From Clostridia bacterium (GTDB lineage Bacteria; Bacillota; Clostridia; Oscillospirales; Acutalibacteraceae), in contig JAGAMK010000057.1 of the NCBI GenBank assembly GCA_017624735.1, positions 1-11,887 on the forward strand: DNA of 11,887 nt, given 5' to 3'. Position numbers and translations under genes: made by a program. A model generated the notes under the pieces. That model made no database searches. It was not told the origin of the DNA and saw only the letters and a list, made by a program, of their open reading frames with translations. Shown in pieces: positions 1 to 4,830 of this stretch (positions within the stretch are counted from its first letter, which is position 1; every line of letters starts with the position of its first letter).

Positions 1-5
1 CACTT

Positions 6-1277
6 ATGGCAAGACAATCAACAAAAAGAAAAGACAAAGACAGGATCGTTCTCCGTAAAGGGGAATGCCAACGACCGAACGGTAGCTATGACTATCGGTG
101 GACCGATCAATTTGGAAAGAGACACGTTATCTACGGTAAAACGCTTGAAGAACTCCGTGAGAAAGAAAAGGAAGTTGACCGCGATATTTCGGACGGCATA
201 AAGGCTGAGAAACGAAATACGACCATCAACGAGCTTTTTGATCTCTGGTGTCATATCAAGCGAGGGCTTAAGGATAACACCTTCCAAAACTACAAGTATA
301 TGTATAACACCTTTGTTCGACCTAAGTTTGGGAAGCTTAAAATTTCCCAAGTAAAGAAATCGGATGTTAAGCGGTTTTACAACTACTTGGCAGATGAAAG
401 AGGTTTGCAGGCTTCCACCATTGATAGCATCCATACCGTGCTACATCAGGTATTTGATTTAGCGGTTGATGATGGGTACATCAGAAGTAACCCTTCGGAG
501 AGAGTTTTGAAGGAACTCAAGCAAGCCCACTGTTTCCAAACGGAAAAGCGGAAGGCACTGACGGTTGCCGAGCAGGAATTGCTTTTGGACTACCTGAGGA
601 ACACGCCGCAGTATCGTCATTGGTATCCGATATTTGCAGTGATGTTAGGCACCGGTCTTCGCGTTGGGGAAGCAACAGGTCTTCGTTGGTGTGATATCGA
701 TTTGGACGAAGGGCTCATTGATGTGAACCATACCCTCGTTTACTATAGCCACGGACCACAAAAGGGTTGCAGCTTTAATGTGAACACACCAAAGACCAAA
801 GCCGGTGAGCGTGTCGTTCCGATGCTGGGCTTTGTCAAGGAAGCGTTCTTAGAGGAACGGGAAAATCAAAAAGAAACAGGCATAAGCTGTAAGGCGTCTG
901 TTGACGGATATACCGATTTTATTTTCGTCAACAGATACGGTGATACGCAGCACTTAGGAACGCTCAACAAAGCGATCCGCCGCATCATTCGCGATTGCAA
1001 TGATGCGCAGTTTGAAAAAAGCGAAAATCCCGAGGTGCTGTTACCGCATTTCAGTTGCCACACCCTTCGTCATACCTTTACTACGAGGATGTGCGAAGCG
1101 GGTGTTAACATCAAGGTGATTCAAGATGCTTTAGGCCATGCCGATGTTTCGACCACACTCGGAATTTATGCCGATGTCACAAAAGACCTCAGAAAAGATG
1201 AGTTTGCAGGACTGGATGCCTATTTTCAAAAGGGCAAGCTTGCAGCATCTAATTCCGAGGCATCCGTAAGCCAATAA
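6..1277 (+). CDS. int: Tyrosine site-specific recombinase / integrase, Tn916-family-like, with an N-terminal arm-type DNA-binding domain
   Basis: The N-terminus KDRIVLRKGECQRPNGSYDYRWTDQFGKRHVIYGKTLEELREKEKEV resembles the Tn916 Int N-terminal three-stranded-sheet DNA-binding domain. Catalytic signature of the tyrosine recombinase fold: TGLRVGEATGLRW (Arg I), HTLRHTF (His-x-x-Arg II), LGHADVSTTLGIYADV (His/Trp position plus nucleophilic Tyr). Confidence 0.9.
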   Translation: MARQSTKRKDKDRIVLRKGECQRPNGSYDYRWTDQFGKRHVIYGKTLEELREKEKEVDRDISDGIKAEKRNTTINELFDLWCHIKRGLKDNTFQNYKYMYNTFVRPKFGKLKISQVKKSDVKRFYNYLADERGLQASTIDSIHTVLHQVFDLAVDDGYIRSNPSERVLKELKQAHCFQTEKRKALTVAEQELLLDYLRNTPQYRHWYPIFAVMLGTGLRVGEATGLRWCDIDLDEGLIDVNHTLVYYSHGPQKGCSFNVNTPKTKAGERVVPMLGFVKEAFLEERENQKETGISCKASVDGYTDFIFVNRYGDTQHLGTLNKAIRRIIRDCNDAQFEKSENPEVLLPHFSCHTLRHTFTTRMCEAGVNIKVIQDALGHADVSTTLGIYADVTKDLRKDEFAGLDAYFQKGKLAASNSEASVSQ

Positions 1278-1294
1278 GCCAAAAGTTAAGCCAA
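1267..1294 (+). repeat. Three direct copies of TAAGCCAA (1267-1274, 1275-1282, 1287-1294) spanning the integrase stop codon. Candidate arm-type recombinase binding sites.
   Basis: Read directly: gTAAGCCAATAAGCCAAaagtTAAGCCAAatgg. The assignment as arm sites is inference from the Tn916/lambda Int paradigm. Confidence 0.45.
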
Positions 1295-1448
1295 ATGGAA
1301 CATAATGTACGTAGACTTACGGAGAGTTATATTTTTATAAAAGTTTGGAAAGTGGCTTATTTACTGGGGTTTTGAAGACTTTTGTAGGGTTACGTGAGTT
1401 TTACAAATGAAATCCCAACAATGAAACCACTTGATTAATAATACGACA

Positions 1449-1480
1449 GAGGACATCGGTAAAAGATGTCCTCTTGTTTT
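1449..1480 (+). terminator. Rho-independent terminator
   Basis: Perfect 9-bp stem GAGGACATC (1449-1457) / GATGTCCTC (1465-1473), 7-nt loop, followed by TTGTTTT. Confidence 0.7.
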
Positions 1481-1577
1481 ATGTTCAAATAAATGGTAAA
1501 ATATTTGTGTAGTGATAATAAAGACATAAATTGTTATATTATATAATGCCGATTAACCTATACGGGAGATAGTTAAA

Positions 1578-2072
1578 ATGTATAATGAGCAGGAAATCAG
1601 AAACGAATATGCAAAACTTACCAAATTGTTAATAGAGAAAAAACTTACAATTACAACAATGGAAAGTTGTACATCGGGGCAGATAGCATCCCTTTTAACT
1701 GACACAGAGGGTGCGTCTGCAGTACTAAAAGGTGCATTTGTCACATATTGTAACGAAGCAAAAATTATGCAAGGTGTACCTGAAGAAATTATTGAAAAAT
1801 ATTCTGTTTATTCCAAAGAAACTGCTCGTGCTATGGCGGAAGCTTGTCGTAAGGCTTACAATGCAGATATCGGTATAGGTGTAACAGGCTCGCTGGAAAA
1901 CGTTGACCCTGAAAACGAAAACGCATCCATACCCGGTAGTGTGTGGTTTGCTGTTAGTTTTAAAGATAAAGTTTATGATTATTACTTTGAATTCCTGCCA
2001 CAATCAACACGGTATGAGTGTAAAATGACCGTGGCTAAAAAGATAGTCGATGAACTCCTAAAAATATTATAA
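1578..2072 (+). CDS. pncC: Stand-alone CinA C-terminal domain protein / nicotinamide-nucleotide (NMN) amidohydrolase, PncC family
   Basis: TTMESCTSGQIASLLTDTEGASAVLKGAFVTYCNEAKIMQGVPEEIIEKYSVYSKETARAMAEACRKAYNADIGIGVTGSL matches the conserved CinA-C/PncC core (ESCTGG..T...G.S..F.GG.V.Y.N..K...LGV......GAVS...A..MA). The 164-aa length equals stand-alone PncC. RBS GGGAGA at 1564-1569. Confidence 0.8.
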   Translation: MYNEQEIRNEYAKLTKLLIEKKLTITTMESCTSGQIASLLTDTEGASAVLKGAFVTYCNEAKIMQGVPEEIIEKYSVYSKETARAMAEACRKAYNADIGIGVTGSLENVDPENENASIPGSVWFAVSFKDKVYDYYFEFLPQSTRYECKMTVAKKIVDELLKIL

Positions 2073-2083
2073 TGATTCTAAAA

Positions 2084-2114
2084 GGCTTTTACAGTAATTG
2101 TAAGAGTCTTTTTT
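2084..2114 (+). terminator. Rho-independent terminator after the pncC-like gene
   Basis: 10-bp stem GGCTTTTACA (2084-2093) / TGTAAGAGTC (2099-2108) with two G-U wobbles, 5-nt loop, then TTTTTT (2109-2114). Confidence 0.65.
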
Positions 2115-2115
2115 C

Positions 2116-2143
2116 TTGCAAAAATAATTCTGTGTGCTATAAT
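2116..2143 (+). promoter_or_regulatory. Sigma-A type promoter for the gtrA-family gene
   Basis: -35 TTGCAA (2116-2121), 16-bp spacer, extended -10 TGcTATAAT (2135-2143). RBS AAGGGGGA ~7 nt before ATG 2174. Confidence 0.5.
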
Positions 2144-2173
2144 CTAAATATAAGGAAATAAGGGGGATTTTTT

Positions 2174-2632
2174 ATGTCAGAGAATAAAGAAAAAGTTAAA
2201 CTTACACCTAAAGAAACCGCAATTCAGGTTGCAAAATTTGTTGCATTCTCAATGGGAGCAGGAATTATTCAAATTGTATCTTACACAATTATTCACGAAC
2301 TTACTAATTGTGAACATTGGAAAGCTTATCTTCCATCGCTTATTTTGTCAGTTCTTTATAATTTCACAGTAAACAGAAAATTCACTTTCAAATCAGCAAC
2401 AAATGTACCTGTCGCAATGCTTAAAGTAGCGCTTTTCTATTGTGTGTTCACTCCAGTTTCATTGTATCTCGGTCAGTTAGCCGAGAATGCAGGTGTCAAC
2501 AACTACATAGTTGAAGCCGTAACAATGGCTTGTAATCTTGTTACTGAATATCTTTTCTGCCGTTTTGTTGTTTATCGCAATTCAATGAACACAAATAATA
2601 TTGCCGAAAAGGATAAAGCAAAGAAAAAATAA
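2174..2632 (+). CDS. GtrA-family membrane protein (polysaccharide/glycolipid synthesis-associated small 4-TM protein)
   Basis: 152 aa with four hydrophobic segments and the GtrA-like signatures KFVAFSMGAGIIQIVSYTI and YNFTVNRKFTFKS. Confidence 0.8.
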   Translation: MSENKEKVKLTPKETAIQVAKFVAFSMGAGIIQIVSYTIIHELTNCEHWKAYLPSLILSVLYNFTVNRKFTFKSATNVPVAMLKVALFYCVFTPVSLYLGQLAENAGVNNYIVEAVTMACNLVTEYLFCRFVVYRNSMNTNNIAEKDKAKKK

Positions 2633-2643
2633 TTAAAATGTAT

Positions 2644-2670
2644 GGGCGATTTGCGAATCGCCCGTTTCTT
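2644..2670 (+). terminator. Rho-independent terminator after gtrA (GC-rich hairpin of the GGGCGA family)
   Basis: 8-bp stem GGGCGATT (2644-2651) / AATCGCCC (2656-2663), loop TGCG, then GTTTCTT. Confidence 0.7.
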
Positions 2671-2671
2671 G

Positions 2672-2720
2672 GCTCCCCTGAAAGGGGAGCTGTCATTTTT
2701 GCAGAAAATGACTGAGGGGT
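2672..2720 (+). repeat. Bipartite tandem-hairpin intergenic element, copy 1 (hairpin GCTCCCC/GGGGAGC, hairpin GTCATTTT/AAAATGAC, then TGAGGGG)
   Basis: Stems read directly: 2672-2678/2684-2690 and 2692-2699/2705-2712. It shares CTCCCCTG..AAAGGG..AG and the overall layout with 8902-8947. Confidence 0.5.
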
Positions 2721-2750
2721 TTATAATTTTTCAATTTTCTTAAAAAACTC

Positions 2751-2781
2751 TTGACTTTTACCCAAGGTAAAAATGTAAAAT
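2751..2781 (+). promoter_or_regulatory. MerR-type promoter/operator: -35 TTGACT, 19-bp spacer containing a 7-3-7 palindrome, -10 TAAAAT
   Basis: TTGACT 2751-2756, TAAAAT 2776-2781, spacer 2757-2775 = 19 bp. Inverted repeat TTTTACC (2756-2762) / GGTAAAA (2766-2772). RBS AAAGGGGG 2791-2798 precedes GTG 2806. Confidence 0.6.
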
Positions 2782-2805
2782 TGTCATTGTAAAGGGGGCG
2801 TTACT

Positions 2806-4047
2806 GTGAAAATAAAACAGGTTATCAAAGAAACAGGTCTTACTGACAGAGCAATAAGACTTTATATTGAAAATGACCTTGTAAAACCCGAATGTGACGA
2901 AAATTACAATGGCAGAAAAAGTATTGACTTTTCTGAAAATGATGTTTAACAACTAAAAAATATCGCTTTGCTCCGTAAAGCAGATTTTTCAATTCAAGAA
3001 ATCAAAGCCTTGCAAATGGGTGGCGAAACTGCACAACAAACAGTTAAAGAATACATAAACAGAACAAACGAAAAGATACGGTTCAATAGTGAAATAATTG
3101 AAAAAATCGGCACTCTTGCAAACGAAGAAAATATCACAGTTGAAATAATCTGTGAAAGACTTTCAACCAATTTAGCGGACGAAAAAGTACCAACAGAAGA
3201 CATGGAACTCTCACCCAAGGAACAGAAAGAGAAACACGTTTTTACAGCAATTTCTGTAATCGGCATGGTGTTGTCGTGTGGTTCAATGATACTGATACTA
3301 TTGCTGGTTGTGTTTGGATTTGGATATAAATATACCGAGTTCCTTCCTTATGATACAGATTTTGTACGTAAACTGATTTTTTATCCGATACAATACTTTT
3401 TTTTAATACAATTTGTGTTGTGTTTAATAATATATTTGTTCTGTAAAAAGAAGAAAAAAATAGGCAAGAAAAAAGATAGAAAAAAAGCTCTATGCATTTT
3501 TATTACAATTTTATGGGTAATATCATTGCTATTCTCACCATTCGCATTTCTGTTACATCTTATAGCTGGATATTGCTCAATAACATCTAATCCCAATAAC
3601 TATTTAGTGGTGGATGAAGAATATTTGAAATACGAGTGGGAAGAAATTTTTCAAGTTTTTCCATACAAGATGCCTGATTCAGTAAAGCAAATTGTGTATA
3701 GTAAAAACTCTACAACCAAGTATTTTTATGCTTACTCTGATGAGTTTTTAGACGCTTATAGAATGGATATATATGCAGAGTGGCAGCTTGACCATAATAC
3801 GGAATCAATATATGAAAGTGATTATGAAAAAGAAAAGCAAAGAATACTAAGTAAAGATAATATTGTCTGTATAGAGTCTATGGGAGATTGGCAGTGTGTT
3901 CATTTTAAAAATAAAAGAGATGTTACAGAGGCTATGTGCGATTATGAATATCTGTTTTTTGCCTATAATGATGAAACACATACCGTAAGATATATTGCTG
4001 AGTTTGGGTATAAAACAGACCCATATCACTTACAATTAGATTGGTAA
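2806..4047 (+). pseudogene. MerR-family HTH regulator fused to a 3-TM membrane region and an uncharacterised ~150-aa C-terminal domain. The frame is interrupted by one in-frame TAA at 2947-2949.
   Basis: From GTG 2806: VKIKQVIKETGLTDRAIRLYIENDLVKPECDENYNGRKSIDFSENDV*QLKNIALLRKADFSIQEIKAL. This is one continuous MerR HTH-wing-helix motif in the same frame (pos mod 3 = 1) as ORF-track 2968..4047. No SD precedes TTG 2968. Hydrophobic segments: VFTAISVIGMVLSCGSMILILLLVVFGFG, LIFYPIQYFFLIQFVLCLIIYLF, ALCIFITILWVISLLFSPFAFLLHLIAGY. Confidence 0.7.
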
Positions 4048-4049
4048 CT

Positions 4050-4078
4050 AAGCGTGGTCTTTGACCACGCTTTTCTTC
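4050..4078 (+). terminator. Rho-independent terminator after the MerR-TM gene
   Basis: 9-bp stem AGCGTGGTC (4051-4059) / GACCACGCT (4063-4071), loop TTT, then TTTCTTCG. Confidence 0.75.
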
Positions 4079-4122
4079 GTGTCAAAATATTATATAAAAT
4101 TGAATTTATCGGGGAGATTAAA

Positions 4123-4203
4123 TGTAGGGGCGGATGCCCACATCCGCCCGCAATAAGTTTATATATAAACCAAAACGGGACGATGTGGGCATCGTCCCCT
4201 ACA
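4123..4203. repeat. 81-bp composite palindromic (REP/MITE-like) element: two 28-nt inverted arms, each itself a 9-bp GC-rich hairpin, around a 25-nt AT-rich spacer
   Basis: Left arm TGTAGGGGCGGATGCCCACATCCGCCCG (4123-4150). The reverse complement of the right arm (4176-4203) is TGTAGGGGACGATGCCCACATCGTCCCG, a 24/28 match. The 4 differences are two compensated pairs within each local stem. Confidence 0.7.
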
Positions 4204-4322
4204 ATTTCTGCTGAATTTAATACTCAAACATCCCGACAAACTCCAATTTACCTAATCGTTTTCAACTTTCCGTTTTTCACTTTACATTTTTTAATTCCCA
4301 CTAAATTTATATGAATTAACTC

Positions 4323-4351
4323 TTGAATTCCTACTAATTTTGTAGTATATT
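4323..4351 (+). promoter_or_regulatory. Candidate sigma-A promoter for the Rrf2-metH unit, with overlapping repeat motifs
   Basis: -35 TTGAAT (4323-4328), 17-bp spacer, -10 TATATT (4346-4351). TACTA-N6-TAGTA (4332-4347) overlaps the spacer and -10. Confidence 0.45.
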
Positions 4352-4395
4352 ATTTCAGTAACAAAAAACAATACTCTAAAAAAGGTGTAGATACA

Positions 4396-4830
4396 ATGAA
4401 AATCTCAACAAAAGGCAGATATGCGCTTCGCCTTATGACCGATTTGGCAATTCATAAGGATGATGGATATATCTCAATAAAAACCGTGTCACAACGTCAG
4501 GGTATCAGCGAAAAATACCTTGAACAGATTATTAAAATGCTTGCAAAAGAAAACTTTGTTGAAAGCATTCGCGGTGCTCAGGGCGGATACCGACTCACTC
4601 GCGAACCTATCGAATATACAGTAGGCGAAATTCTTCGTGTAACAGAGGGTAGCCTTGCTCCTGTCGCTTGCCTTGCAACGGACGAAAATACTTGTGAGAA
4701 CTGTATGGACTGCGTAACCCTTGAAATTTGGCAATGTGTCCTTGATGCAGTCAATAAGGTTGTCGATTCAATTACTTTGCAATATCTCGTTGACAAACAG
4801 AAAGAAAAGGGGAATTGCGGATGTTGTTAA
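4396..4830 (+). CDS. Rrf2-family transcriptional regulator (IscR/CymR-like), Cys-rich and probably Fe-S binding
   Basis: MKISTKGRYALRLMTDLA...ISEKYLEQIIKMLAKENFVESIRGAQGGYRLTR is the canonical Rrf2 winged-helix domain. Cys cluster: ACLATDENTCENCMDC. C-terminal tail: GNCGCC. Confidence 0.9.
   Translation: MKISTKGRYALRLMTDLAIHKDDGYISIKTVSQRQGISEKYLEQIIKMLAKENFVESIRGAQGGYRLTREPIEYTVGEILRVTEGSLAPVACLATDENTCENCMDCVTLEIWQCVLDAVNKVVDSITLQYLVDKQKEKGNCGCC

Larger units (their letters stand above)
1..1445 (+). mobile_element. Terminal segment of an integrative (probably conjugative) element carrying its integrase. The outer boundary (attR side) is not determinable from this window and is placed approximately.
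   Basis: The integrase gene reads outward toward lower-GC flanking DNA. The integrase CDS is visibly more GC-rich (by eye mid/upper 40s %) than everything after ~1300 (by eye mid 30s %). Short direct repeats sit at the integrase 3' end. In Tn916-type elements int lies within a few hundred bp of the element end. Confidence 0.5.

Noticed and set aside
1278-1448. tRNA or tmRNA 3' fragment as the integration target next to the integrase
   Set aside because: No GGTTCGAATCC-like T-arm or acceptor/CCA-type sequence, and no cloverleaf-capable segment, could be read on either strand. The target of this element remains unknown.
2638-2715. 25-codon ORF MYGRFANRPFLGSPERGAVIFAEND overlapping the three hairpins after gtrA
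   Set aside because: It has no RBS and is composed entirely of terminator/repeat stems. It is a translation artefact of palindromic DNA.
2947-2949. Possibility that the in-frame TAA reflects stop-codon reassignment or an alternative genetic code
   Set aside because: Eleven of the twelve genes in the window terminate cleanly at TAA (nadA uses TGA) at positions matching normal protein lengths. TAA is therefore a functional stop here. Nonsense mutation, polymorphism or sequence error are better explanations.
4054-4314. 86-aa ORF (MVFDHAFLRVKILYKIEFIGEIKCRGGCPHPPA…MWASSPT…) from the ORF track
   Set aside because: It starts inside the terminator hairpin of the upstream gene (4051-4071) with no RBS. 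It runs through the 81-bp palindromic repeat and then a G-poor, low-complexity intergenic stretch. The peptide is the typical translation artefact of GC-rich hairpin repeats.
4204-4395. SAM (S-box) riboswitch, T-box or B12 element controlling metH
   Set aside because: None of the conserved S-box, T-box or B12-box cores is visible. The predicted leader from the candidate -10 to ATG 4396 is only ~40 nt. metH has no leader of its own because its start overlaps the Rrf2 gene. The same conclusion holds for the 125-bp gap 7173-7297.
4815-4820. ORF-track 5' extensions: TTG 4815 for metH, 8358 for nifU, 9845 for mnmA
   Set aside because: Each extension lies inside the preceding gene without an SD. 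The internal ATGs (4821, 8475, 9875) sit just at or after the upstream stop, and the proteins then begin at the conserved family N-termini (MEYSEKVMEHF…, MNKAVIAMSGGVDSS…).
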